Shown: positions 11,068 to 22,262, numbered from the stretch's first letter. The stretch is DNA of 32,820 nt from Octopus bimaculoides (GCF_001194135.2 NC_068982.1:184928501-184961320), one strand, 5' to 3'. Translations and numbers: made by a program. Notes: generated by a model from the letters alone, not told the origin.

Positions 11068-11657
11068 GCATAACTATTACGAATATTTATGAGTAGAATC
11101 GTGTGCATTTGTGTGCTTATATAAACGTGTATGTGTAAAAGTCGTATATACTTGTGTATATGAATACATATCTGTGCGTATATGTGTGTTTTCGCACTCG
11201 AAGATGAATATATATACGCCATTATATATGCATATGAATGAGTGCATATACACCAAGGCAAATATTCCCATATGTGCAGTAATCTAAATTTTACATTCCG
11301 ATGAACATGTACATATATGCGCTCACATGTATAATTGTATACAGTTTCGCTTACACTGGTGTGCGTGTGTGTGTGTATATATATATANNNNNNNNNNTAT
11401 ATCTATATATACATACATACATACATACATACAAACATATATATATATATACACACACATATTTATATATATTGTTGTACTTTTATTATATGCATGCTTT
11501 TAGAAAAAAATCAACAATAAATAATGTTTGTGTATATGTACGAGTGAGAATCAGTACGCCTTTATGTGTTGTTTATTATGCAGTGCATATTAAAATGCTA
11601 CTTGCAAAATGCTATTTACAAGAAAACAATCTACAGTGTGTAATAATAATTATTATA

Positions 11658-12282
11658 ATCCTTTCTACAATAGGCACAATGCCTAAAGTTTGGTGGTAGG
11701 GAACTAATCGATTATATCCACTCCAGTACTCAACATTTTCTTCTTAACGCGACCCAGAAAGTTGAAAGGCAAAGTCGACCCCCGGAATTTGAACTTAGAA
11801 CGGAAAATCGGAGGAAATGTTACTAAGTATAGGCGCAGGAGTGGCTGTGTGGTAAGTAGCTTGCTTACCAACCACATGGTTCCGGGTTCAGTCCCACTGC
11901 GTGGCATCTTGGGCAAGTGTCTTCTACTATAGCCTCGGGCCGACCAAAGCCTTGTGAGTGGATTTGGTAGACGAAAACTGAAAGAAGCTCGTCGTATATA
12001 TGTATATATATGTGTGTGTGTGTGTGTGTGTTTGTGTGTCTGTGTTTGTCCCCCTAGCATTGCTTGACAACCGATGCTGGTGTGTTTATGTCCCCGTAAA
12101 CTAGCGGTTCGGCAAAAGTGACCGATAGAATAAGTACTAGGCTTACAAAGAATAAGTCCCGGGGTCGATTTGCTCGACTAAAGGTGGTGCTGCAGCATGG
12201 CCGCAGTCAAATGACTGAAACTAGTAAAAGAGTAAAAGAGTAAGTATTTTGTCCGGGCGCTAACGATTCTGTCATATCGCCT
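11658..12282 (-). mobile_element. SINE family B copy split by a family A insertion
   Basis: 11658-11830 and 12248-12282 join into the family B consensus. Confidence 0.85.
11832..12240 (+). mobile_element. SINE family A (tRNA head, CORE-like domain, internal TA/TG microsatellite, GTAAAAGA tail), full length
   Basis: A-box GTGGCTGTGTGG, B-box-like GGGTTCAGTCCC, CORE-like CTTGGGCAAGTGTCTT. 7-bp TSD TAAGTAT at 11824-11830 and 12241-12247. Confidence 0.93.
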
Positions 12283-12299
12283 CTTTGATAATATGAATA

Positions 12300-12489
12300 A
12301 TGTGGTTGTGTGGTAAATAGCTTGCTTACCAACCACATGGTTCCGGGTTCAATCCCACTGCGAGGCACCTTGGGCAAGTGTCTTCTACTTTAGCTTCGGG
12401 CCGACCAAAGCCTTGTGAGTGNNNNNNNNNNTTGTGAGTGGATTTGGTTGATGGAAACTGAAAGAAGCCCCTCGGATATGTGTGTGTGT

Positions 12490-12526
<37 letters not shown>

Positions 12527-12581
12527 GGTCTCTCAGCATCGCTTGACAACTGATGCTGGTTGGTTTACGTCCCCATAACCT
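12300..12581 (+). mobile_element. SINE family A, second copy, 3'-truncated
   Basis: Aligns by eye to 11840-12100; contains a 10-N gap. Confidence 0.9.
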
Positions 12582-12582
12582 T

Positions 12583-12777
12583 AAACAACCCTTATTCAGG
12601 AACCTTTTGAGTGCGCTGCTTATCTTGATATGAGATCACCATGTCGTGCACATATGGTTGTGATGCATGTGCCTTGTGTACCCTTATCAGACGGGTAGTC
12701 ATGATGGGTATACTGGGCTTCGTATATTTTACCCCAGTGTCACTTTGATGACATGCATTGCTCTCTCACTCAATAAT
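12583..12777 (+). mobile_element. Probable 3' tail of another SINE family ending in CAATAAT
   Basis: Non-simple sequence (CCCTTATCAGACGGGTAGTCATGATGGGTATACTGGGC...CTCTCTCACTCAATAAT) that I recall as a recurrent repeat tail; not verifiable within the window. Confidence 0.5.
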
Positions 12778-12899
12778 CTTTTGTACTAAAAGCACAAGGC
12801 CTGAAATTTATAGGGAGGGAACTAGTCTATTAGATCGACCCCATTGTTTCACTGTAACTTAATTTATCGACCCCAAAAGGATGAAAAGCAATGTCGACT
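12775..12899 (-). mobile_element. SINE family B, 3' half only
   Basis: GCACAAGGCCTGAAATTT...GGATGAAAAGCAATGTCGAC matches the family. Confidence 0.85.
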
Positions 12900-12966
12900 A
12901 ATGTATACGTACCTTTGGTCTTTGGTTGAGACCCGGCCCGAAGATGAAATAAACTACAAATCAGTC

Positions 12967-12969
<3 letters not shown>

Positions 12970-13008
<39 letters not shown>

Positions 13009-13040
13009 TTAATAATGATAATAGTAATAATAATAATAAT
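12970..13040. repeat. (TAA)n microsatellite
   Basis: Direct reading. Confidence 0.96.
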
Positions 13041-13059
13041 TACAATACTTTGAATTAGA

Positions 13060-13466
13060 TGGTCGTAGACGGCGAAAGTTGACTTAGGAAAAAGCCGGAA
13101 AATATCTTGATTCCAATTTTTGGCACAAGGCCAGCAATGTCTGAGTAGGGGATAAGCCGATTACATTGGTCCTAGTGTTCAACTGGCACTTATTTCATCA
13201 ACCTCGAAATAATCTTTTCTACTCTAGGCAAAAGGCCCGAAATTTGGGGGGAGGGGGCCAACCGATTAGATCGACTCCAGTACGTAATTGATGAAAGGTA
13301 AAGTCAACTTCGGCGGAATTTGAACTCCGAACGTAAAGACAGACGAAATACCGCTAAGCATTTCACCCGGCGTGCTAACGGTTCTGCCAGCTCGCTGCCC
13401 TAGCCGGAACATATATTGTAAAGTATTTCTTCGGACGTTCTAAAGGTTCTGCTAATCTGCTGCTCT
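13060..13466 (-). mobile_element. Nested cluster of family B SINEs: near-complete copy at 13210-13401 plus older fragments at 13060-13100, 13107-13205 and 13402-13466
   Basis: Repeated family motifs GGCACAAGGCC, AAAGTCAACTTCGGCGGAATTTGAACTC and AGCCGGAA. Confidence 0.8.
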
Positions 13467-13489
13467 GAATACAGTGTGTGATAATTACT

Positions 13490-13675
13490 TCTAACGTTGG
13501 CACGAGGCCTGAACGTTGGGATGAGAGAGAGTTAGTGTATTAAATCGATCACAGTATTCAACTCGTATTTATATTATTGATCCCGAACAGATGAAAAGCA
13601 AAGTTGATCTTGACAGGGTTTGAACTCAGAATGTAAATAATTTTGTCCGAAGGTTCTATTGATTCTATCAATTCA
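13490..13675 (-). mobile_element. Older diverged family B SINE
   Basis: GGCACGAGGCCTGAA...GATGAAAAGCAAAGTTGATCTTGACAGGGTTTGAACTCAGAA. Confidence 0.8.
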
Positions 13676-13835
13676 TCAACGGAGGTCTAATCTGTATAAA
13701 TGCTTAGGTTTCAAAACCATATGTTCTTGGCATATTTTAATAAAGCGAAATGATCTACTTGCCCTAGTTGTTAATGACAACCACCCGCCCTACAAAAACA
13801 ACACCACATCGTACACTCTATAGATTAGAAATATT

Positions 13836-14037
13836 CCTTTCTGCTATAGGCACAAAGCCTGAAATTTGGAGGGAATGGAGCTAGTCGATTACATCTAACC
13901 CAATGCGCAACTGGTACTTAATTTATCGACCCCGAAAGGATGAAAGGCAAAGTCGACCTCAGCGGAATTTGAACTCAGAACGTAAAGACAGACGAAATAC
14001 CGCTAAGCATTTCGCCGGCGTGCTAACGATTCTGTCC
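13836..14037 (-). mobile_element. SINE family B with 11-bp TSD
   Basis: TTAGAAATATT at 13825-13835 and 14038-14048. Confidence 0.93.
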
Positions 14038-14063
14038 TTAGAAATATTAGTATGATTAAGATA

Positions 14064-14157
14064 GAGTACTAAACAGCAATACCTTGAGTTCAAATCCATT
14101 GTTATGTGGGAGAGTGAGCTCTACATGAAGCAAAGAACGAAACTTAACAAGGTCACA
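14064..14157 (+). repeat. 94-bp dispersed duplicate, copy 1 (hairpin-forming; ends in ACA)
   Basis: Matches 15361-15454 except for one A/G substitution. Confidence 0.95.
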
Positions 14158-14796
14158 CAGCAGAGGGTAGAGGTGGCTTTATGCGTCAGCTACACGCGCA
14201 AAACATAGCAAAGAACTTGTCTTCAATTCTAACCATCTAACCTCTCTCTCAAAAAAAAAAACAAAGAAACATTAGATAATGTAGTAGTAACTATAGAATA
14301 TCTGAATAAAAGACTGGCTGGCCTCAACTGGAACGCTTTTTAGCATAGGCGTCCACTCGATCAAGCCTGGTGTATTATTGTAGATATATAGTTTAGTATT
14401 GCTTTTTTTTCGTTCATCTTAACGTCGGGTATGTATATCAGGCCCTCTGGTGAAGAGTACCGATATAGATTGACGTCATATTTTGGTTGCCGAGGGAACG
14501 CATGATTTATCTGTTTGCAATCACATCACAGATCAATTCCTTGTGCAATCCCCAATTTTCCTACACAACCGAAAATTGTGAATAAATTAATTATAAAGCC
14601 CAGTCCTTGTCATTCCATTCAGCTAATTGCATCAACTGAGTCAGTACAGACATGCTAGATATCTTTACCACTTCCTTAGTGGATTTTCTAAGAACGTCAA
14701 TGCCAAGATCACCTTCAACACTGTTCGTTGTGATCGTGTTGGGGAAGATCATAGGGAAAGTCATGATAATAATCACAGGGATAACTTCGACGACGA

Positions 14797-14799
14797 CTA

Positions 14800-14830
<31 letters not shown>

Positions 14831-14857
14831 GGTGGTGGTCGTCGTCGTCGTCGTCGT
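14797..14857. repeat. Compound (GTT)(GGT)(CGT) trinucleotide repeat
   Basis: Direct reading; explains the poly-V/G/R/T ORFs. Confidence 0.95.
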
Positions 14858-15044
14858 GATGACAACGACGGAGACGATGACGGTAGTTGTGATGCTGATA
14901 GTGGTTGATCGGGAATATTGATATTGGTAACAACTATGAGAGTATACAAAACGAAAAGGAGTATGTGAAGCGCGCGCGCGCATGTGTGTATGTGTGTGTG
15001 TGTGATTAAGTAACTGCTTTTCTTTTGTCTTTATAAGATAATAT

Positions 15045-15232
15045 TGCTGTCTGTACGTTTCGTCTGGCTCTTGGCGTCCTAAGTTCAAATTCCACCGATG
15101 TTGACTTTGCCTTTCAACCTTCCAGAGTCGATAAAATAAGCATCAGTTGAGCACTGTGATTGAGGTCACCCCAGTGCGCAACTGGTACTACCTTTAAAAT
15201 TTCAGGCCTTGTGCCTATAGTAGAGAGGAATA
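15045..15232 (+). mobile_element. SINE family B in + orientation, with a short internal inverted segment
   Basis: AAGTTCAAATTCCACCGATGTTGACTTTGCCTTTCAACC...AAATTTCAGGCCTTGTGCCTATAGTAG. Confidence 0.85.
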
Positions 15233-15360
15233 ATACGATCTGTACGTATCTTCTGGTTTATATACGTATCCAAGATGTCCAAAGCTGAGGATGTCAGTGT
15301 ATACCCTACCTAGCCATCGATGCATATTAATACCATTCATTTGTGCGTTGTAAGTTTGTT

Positions 15361-15454
15361 GAGTACTAAACAGCAATACCTTGAGTTCAAATCCATTGTT
15401 ATGTGGGAGAGTGAGCTCTACATGAAGCAAAGGACGAAACTTAACAAGGTCACA
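15361..15454 (+). repeat. 94-bp dispersed duplicate, copy 2
   Basis: See 14064-14157. Confidence 0.95.
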
Positions 15455-16330
15455 ACTGGTCCTACATTGGCTGAGTAGAAACCATGCACGTTACCAGAAT
15501 TTCCGACGCGAGCCGAATAGACCAAACCACTCTAAATCCTTATTATAATATCTGTGTTAACAGATTTATGTCTGGCTAGTTTTGTACGGGACATAGAATC
15601 GTATAATGTATAAGAATAAAGTCAAATCGAGCGTGTGTGTGTGTGTGTGTGTGTGTGGTTTCATATGAATTTAGGCCTAATTTTAGATGAACTACTCATT
15701 AATATTTCGACTGTACGTGGTACTAAATTTACTATACTGACGTATAAACATTCCTTGGACAACAATATAAAATATCCAGAACGGTTCATAGTATGCCTTT
15801 GTAAGTGAGATGCCTCTAAGTGCTTTGTGAATCTCTAAGCAGTAGACTCATACTATAGCACTAATTCCACAATGACATGGAAACAGATTCTTACATGATC
15901 AAGTTAGCCTTAATTTTAAGATGACACTAAATCTATCAAGAATAGCCATTTCATTTGCGAGACGAATATGTGCATCTTTTTCTATGGATGCGATGTTAAT
16001 TCCCAAGTATGCGTAAAAAGTCCACAGATTTTAGCATTGTTTTATTGTATTTATTGAGCCCACCTTCTAGCAAACGTATTCAGCTTTTAAGCTATCGGCA
16101 TAAATACCAGCTCCTTTTTTTATGAAGAGTGACAGCTTCATAAGTTGTGTCTGTGATGAGAGAAATATTGACATGATTTGCATGTGTTTTTAATTTTTTT
16201 ATTGTGACTGGTACAAACGGAGGAAGATTTTGTTACAGTGAAGTTGAGTTCTTCAGTTTTTTTTTCAAGTGATGTACAAAGGACATAATCCAGGCAGATG
16301 ATAAACAGAAATGGTGCATGTGTATCGTTT

Positions 16331-16676
16331 TGAAAGCGCATGGCTCTGTGGTTAGAGCGTCGGGCTCACAATCATGGGGTAGTGAGTTCGATTCCTGGAC
16401 CGGGGTATGTGTTGTGTTCCTGAGCAAGACACTTTATTTTACGTTGCTCCAGTTTACTCGGTTGTAGAAATGAGTTGCGATGTCCCTGGTGCCAAACTAT
16501 ATCGGCCTTTGTCTTTCTCTTGGATAACATCGGTGGCGTGGAGAGGGAAGGCTGGTACGCATGGGCTACTGCTAGTCTTCCATAAAAAACAACCTTGCAC
16601 AGATTTGTGCCTCGGAGAGAAACTTTCTAGGTGCATCTCATGGTCATTCGTGACCGAAGGCGGTATCACCCTTTAC
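16331..16676 (+). mobile_element. CORE-type SINE (tRNA head, CORE domain, distinct tail)
   Basis: A-box TGGCTCTGTGG, B-box GAGTTCGATTCC, CORE-like CCTGAGCAAGACACTTTATTTTACGTTGCTCCAGT...GTAGAAATGAGT. Confidence 0.88.
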
Positions 16677-18285
16677 TATCATTTTGCAAGATGCCTGCAC
16701 TAATGTTGAAAAAAATCGGTATCTAAGCCAGATTAACCTAGTTTAGATCTCGTGTTTTTGTAGAACATTATTATTGCTGTTACTTCTCGAGAAACAATGT
16801 ATCTAAGAAATTACTCCATTGCCTTCGGAAGACAGAGTGGAAGGCTTTTGAGAACTCTACGAACAGTAGAACTGCTAGTAAATTTTAGTCCTGACTTCTT
16901 CAGTGATACTTATAATTCTTAAGATTTGCCAATGATTGACAGGCTTTTTCCTGAACCCGTTTCGTTTTCTTTGTAAGACTTTCTTTGAGTTCTGACTATG
17001 TACATTTCAGCAACGATTCATATTTATATAAACAGTGGAAGCTGTTTATTATATTCACTGTTAATGTTAGCAAAGTGGGTATGCTCAGGATATTGTTATA
17101 TTCTCTGCTGCATATTATGTCAACCGTTTATTGTTACCTTAAAACCTCCTTCCTAAAGCGCTAAAGTGATCCCTATAAGGGGCTTCTGTGCATATAGTAT
17201 ATATGTATTATGTATGTGTTTATGTACGTATATATATATATATATATATATATNNNNNNNNNNNNNNNNNNNNNNNNNNNNNNNNNNNNNNNNNNNNNNN
17301 NNNNNNNNNNNNNNNNNNNNNNNNNNNNNNNNNNNNNNNNNNNNNNNNNNNNNNNNNNNNNNNNNNNNNNNNNNNNNNNNNNNNNNNNNNNNNNNNNNNN
17401 NNNNNNNNNNNNNNNNNNNNNNNNNNNNNNNNNNNNNNNNNNNNNNNNNNNNNNNNNNNNNNNNNNNNNNNNNNNNNNNNNNNNNNNNNNNNNNNNNNNN
17501 NNNNNNNNNNNNNNNNNNNNNNNNNNNNNNNNNNNNNNNNNNNNNNNNNNNNNNNNNNNNNNNNNNNNNNNNNNNNNNNNNNNNNNNNNNNNNNNNNNNN
17601 NNNNNNNNNNNNNNNNNNNNNNNNNNNNNNNNNNNNNNNNNNNNNNNNNNNNNNNNNNNNNNNNNNNNNNNNNNNNNNNNNNNNNNNNNNNNNNNNNNNN
17701 NNNNNNNNNNNNNNNNNNNNNNNNNNNNNNNNNNNNNNNNNNNNNNNNNNNNNNNNNNNNNNNNNNNNNNNNNNNNNNNNNNNNNNNNNNNNNNNNNNNN
17801 NNNNNNNNNNNNNNNNNNNNNNNNNNNNNNNNNNNNNNNNNNNNNNNNNNNNNNNNNNNNNNNNNNNNNNNNNNNNNNNNNNNNNNNNNNNNNNNNNNNN
17901 NNNNNNNNNNNNNNNNNNNNNNNNNNNNNNNNNNNNNNNNNNNNNNNNNNNNNNNNNNNNNNNNNNNNNNNNNNNNNNNNNNNNNNNNNNNNNNNNNNNN
18001 NNNNNNNNNNNNNNNNNNNNNNNNNNNNNNNNNNNNNNNNNNNNNNNNNNNNNNNNNNNNNNNNNNNNNNNNNNNNNNNNNNNNNNNNNNNNNNNNNNNN
18101 NNNNNNNNNNNNNNNNNNNNNNNNNNNNNNNNNNNNNNNNNNNNNNNNNNNNNNNNNNNNNNNNNNNNNNNNTATATATATACGTATAGATACATATGTA
18201 TCTACGTATCTGTCTATCTATACACACACACACACATATAGAAAAAGAGAGATAAAAGAAAAAGAAAAAAGGCGAGTATATATGT

Positions 18286-18378
18286 GTGTGTGTATGTGTA
18301 TGTATATATATACATACATACATACATGCATACATACATACATACATACATACATACATACATACATACATACATACA

Positions 18379-18409
<31 letters not shown>

Positions 18410-18410
18410 G
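18286..18410. repeat. (TG)/(TACA)n microsatellite
   Basis: Direct reading. Confidence 0.95.
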
Positions 18411-19544
18411 CAAATATATTCACATATATACGTACATGCATACACATTCCCTACAAAGAACTAAGCTATCGTTACATCTTTGCACATCTATCCCATGAAG
18501 TCTGGGCTATATCACGGCTTCTGAAATACTGCTGGAATCGGCAATAAAAGTAATCCTGGTATTTCATTTGCCGGATTACAGTAGTTATAAAAGTAATCTT
18601 TATATTTCCAGGATTACAATAACCGTATACTGCTACTGATATACTAAACCATGTCTTCAAATTACTTCTGATTTCAATAAAGTATGTTTTGTAACAGATT
18701 ATTACAGAAGACTGCAGAAGGGAGAAGTGAGAGGATATAGTGTGTACTAATGATACATAAATCAACGATAACGGTGTATAGCACAATTGAGAAAGTCGTT
18801 CTTCTGCGTCATTATTGTTCCGATGGATAAGTGATAATGCGTTCCTTTTAAGACCAGCATGTCAAACCCGACAAACTGATGCCTACTAACTTGGTTGGAG
18901 AGTCAGTCTAGTTGCGAAGAAGCTTTGTAACTATGTTCGATTTGAGTGGTAACCAGAGGAGTAGAAAAGGTGCAAGAAAGGGATGTATAACTTTAAAAGA
19001 TGTCCCACTGCTGAACTGAACTATTATAGAAGATGAAAGAAGGAAACAAGGGGAAAATAAACTTTAGCGCCCAAACAAACTCCGAATGATTATCCAAAAG
19101 CATTTAGATAGCATGCCAAATTTTTGGATATTGGAAAAAAAACTCCACATAAATGAAACAGTTTCATCGCTGCCCCCACCCCCACCCCCATCCGCCCTCG
19201 AAATTCAATCATGCCATCTCAAAATAGAAAACAGCGAGAAATAAAGCAACTCACACAACGCTACACAGTTTCCACCCAATAAAACAGAACAATTCTAAAT
19301 TTTACATAATCGACTCCATAATACCAACAACTCACCCAGTTGCTAGCCTCAAAATACAACACAACCACATAGCACATACTCTATACAATCACCACCCGAC
19401 ACGAAAATGCACAACACAACAAAATAACACAGCTCACATTGCACAGACAACACAACAGATGAAACACTCAAATAATACCTGAAACAACAAACTAACACCC
19501 ACAACTATACGAAACAGATGGTGCATAGAAAAACAATGCAACCA

Positions 19545-20000
19545 TCACTCAGGTGCCCTCCCTGGGACTAGGGGTCGGCTTGCCAAGACTCTGCAGTTCC
19601 CTCTGCGTTGTACTGCATGCATACAATTATGTAGGCTCTTGTTTTCAGTCCATTCTTTGAAATCGTCAGTCTACAAACATTTGGCGGCTTTTTGTTCTCT
19701 TCCCCTCCACACATTCTGCCAAGATAGTTTTGGGCACTTGGAGCATATTATGTCTAAAATAGCTTTATGGAGTTGATTCTCGACAATAGGTGTCTTTTAA
19801 CTTACAGTTTTTCTAATACTCTGGTATTTCTTACTCTGTCTTTCCAGTATATTTTTCCCATCGGCAAAAGAGCCTCATCTCCATTGTTATCTACGACATA
19901 GAAAACAATAGGTATAATATAATCATTTATTAGCCTTGATTTTAGGAGCAGTGTTATGTCTTTCGAGGTGATGAACTTTTTCATTCCCAAGAAAAACAAT
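19545..20000 (-). mobile_element. RTE-clade LINE, decayed 3' ORF fragment
   Basis: Translation across frameshifts: SKDITLLLKSRLINDYIIPIVFY...KIYWKDRVRNTRVLEKL...LLSRINSIKL.FRH...KTILAECVEGKRTKSRQ...DDFKEWTENKSL, matching the RTE post-RT C-terminal pattern. Confidence 0.85.
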
Positions 20001-20149
20001 TATATATCATCGCCAAATGATAATGCTGTAAATATTTCTAAAACACTGACTTGGTCAGGCAGTAGAAATTTGCATAAAACAGTAAAAAGCAAGAAAGCAA
20101 AATCATATTTCTTTCTAATATAAGCAGAGGCCGGAGAGTTAGTGATGGG

Positions 20150-20250
20150 GTTAGTGGTTATTCAATCAAATCAACCCGAGTATTTCACCGATACATTTTT
20201 TTATCGATTCTTGAGTGATGAAAGGTAAAGTTAGCCTTTCTGGGATATGA
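20150..20250 (-). mobile_element. Diverged family B SINE fragment
   Basis: ...TTTATCGATTCTTGAGTGATGAAAGGTAAAGTTAGCC resembles the core. Confidence 0.6.
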
Positions 20251-20267
20251 AACATATTTATAACTGA

Positions 20268-20547
20268 GTGAAGGTGCGTGGCTTAGTAGTTAAGGCATCT
20301 GGCTCACGAACGTAAGGTCGTGAGTTCAGTTCCCTTGAGCAAGACACTTTATTTCACGTTGTTCTAGTCCACTCTGCTGGCAAAAATTAGTTGTACCTGT
20401 ATTTCAAAGGGCCAATTTTGTCACACTCTGTGTTGCACTGAACTCCCCTGAGAACTATGTTAATTGCACGTTAATTTCACGAGCAGGCTGTTCCGCTGAT
20501 GGGATCAACTGGAACCCTCATCGTCGTCGTAAACGACGAGGTGCAAT
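20268..20547 (+). mobile_element. CORE-type SINE with a different tail
   Basis: GTGGCTTAGTAGTTAAGG (A-box), GAGTTCAGTTCCC (B-box), TTGAGCAAGACACTTTATTTCACGTTG (CORE). Confidence 0.85.
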
Positions 20548-20859
20548 TATTTATAATTGAAGTTACAAAGAGTCGCGACTGAGGTGAGCCTCAACTTCAA
20601 ATGAATGTACAAACTTTACATGTATTCAGAATAATGTGTCTGTATGTATGCATATGGGTGTGTATATGTGTGCTTCTAAACGTGTGTGTGCGCACGCGCA
20701 TGTATATGTGAGAGAGAGAGAGAGAGAGAGATAGAGAGAGCGTGTGTGTGTGTGTGTGTGTGTGCTTCTACTGCATGAATTCTAGGGACTCTGTTGTGTC
20801 TGCACCTCTATGCACAGTCCTAGATATAGTATTTAGTAGAAGATTGACAATTGTCCTTT

Positions 20860-20935
20860 CTCCACGCCACAGATATTGCCCAAGAGAAAGATTTCCCCCC
20901 TCAGGGCCGATACAACTTAGCACCGGCGCCGTTCC
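20860..20935 (-). mobile_element. Tail fragment of the 16331-type SINE
   Basis: Minus strand GGTGCTAAGTTGTATCGGCCCT...TTTCTCTTGGGCAATATCTGTGGCGTGGAGA parallels ~16488-16543. Confidence 0.7.
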
Positions 20936-21014
20936 TGCCATAACGTAAAGAATTTGTACTGATATCACAATGGATCTCTTCCAAGTCTTTAAAAGTTCTG
21001 CCGGTCCGCAGCGG

Positions 21015-21162
21015 TGGACTGGTATTTTTTTACCAACCCCTAAAGAACGACAAGCAAAGAAGGCCTCTGTGAGATTTGAACACAGAGCTCAAAGAGCTGA
21101 CAACAAATACTGCGAGGTTTTGTATTCAATGCCCAACTATCCCTGTCAATTCGTTACCTTAT
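21015..21162 (-). mobile_element. Old diverged family B-like SINE
   Basis: CTGGTATTTTTTTACCAACCCC...GAGATTTGAACACAGA...CAAATACTGCGAGG. Confidence 0.6.
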
Positions 21163-21705
21163 AAATCACCCATCCACTCACTCACAGACATGTATGTATA
21201 TTTCTATGTATGTATGTATGTATTGCACGCAATATATGCACCTCTATCTGAGGATAAATTGGAAATTCTTCGACTGATTCTGACTAGTTTCTAATTATAC
21301 TCGGAAGTGATTGGAATTGCTGTGAAAGAAAGAGATCACTTCCTTGTAGATCGTATTTTGACACTGTGAGAAATTCGAAAATAAGTCTTTTTATCAGAAT
21401 TGCTCAAATGAAAATGTAATTATAAATAATAGCTCATAACATATGAGTTAAAACACTTTCACGGGCTTTAAAATACGATCTAAAACAAATTTTCTTCCTT
21501 TTCTGCTTCTAAGTTTAAAACCTTTAATTTCACAGTTAGTTGCTGGCGTGTCCCTACGGTCTAGTGGTATTACGCGAGATTTGGTTCCAGCGGGTTACAT
21601 TGTTCGCATTTTTTTTTCTGTCTAAAGAGTTTACCCTATATATTAGGAGCCAAATGACATTTGAGCAGAATTACACACACACACACACGCGCGCGCATAT
21701 TCGCG

Positions 21706-21747
<42 letters not shown>

Positions 21748-21978
21748 NNNNNNNNNNNNNNNNNNNNNNNNNNNNNNNNNNNNNNNNNNNNNNNNNNNNN
21801 NNNNNNNNNNNNNNNNNNNNNNNNNNNNNNNNNNNNNNNNNNNNNNNNNNNNNNNNNNNNNNNNNNNNNNNNNNNNNNNNNNNNNNNNNNNNNNNNNNNN
21901 NNNNNNNNNNNNNNNNNNNNNNNNNNNNNNNNNNNNNNNNNNNNNNNNNNNNNNNNNNNNNNNNNNNNNNNNNNNNNN

Positions 21979-22022
<44 letters not shown>

Positions 22023-22262
22023 ACACACGCATGCATGCAATCCCCTGTGGCTATTCCCAAAAACATAACGAGTCAATATTTCATGACTAGATTGAAAGGA
22101 AATAGGTCACAGAGAACCGCTGTACCATTAGTCTCCAATGGAATCAACGTGAAATCACGTATATCTAAGACAATGCTGTGAACACACACATACACACGCG
22201 CATACGCATGCCCACGCATGCACATTCATACATATATATTCACACATACATACACACACACA

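Noticed and set aside
12413-12440. TTGTGAGTG duplicated on both sides of a 10-N gap
   Set aside because: Typical contig-overlap artefact within a SINE.
14591-14720. Minus-strand frame VEGDLGIDVLRKSTKEVVKISSMS..., phase-compatible with the 23454 donor
   Set aside because: Phase match has a 1-in-3 chance, the acceptor is weak and no poly-A signal follows. DLGI.V...VVK...DKD looks more like a decayed CR1 C-terminus.
20768-20968. Protein-like minus ORF with an acceptor-like site
   Set aside because: Its core is the tail of the SINE family seen at 16331-16676.
21303-21343. 9-bp inverted repeat GGAAGTGAT/ATCACTTCC (ETS-like sites)
   Set aside because: Too short to distinguish from chance in 33 kb.
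21548-21615. tRNA-like start TCCCTACGGTCTAGTGG followed by GTTCG and a T-run
   Set aside because: No cloverleaf or acceptor stem can be formed; at best a decayed tRNA or SINE head.
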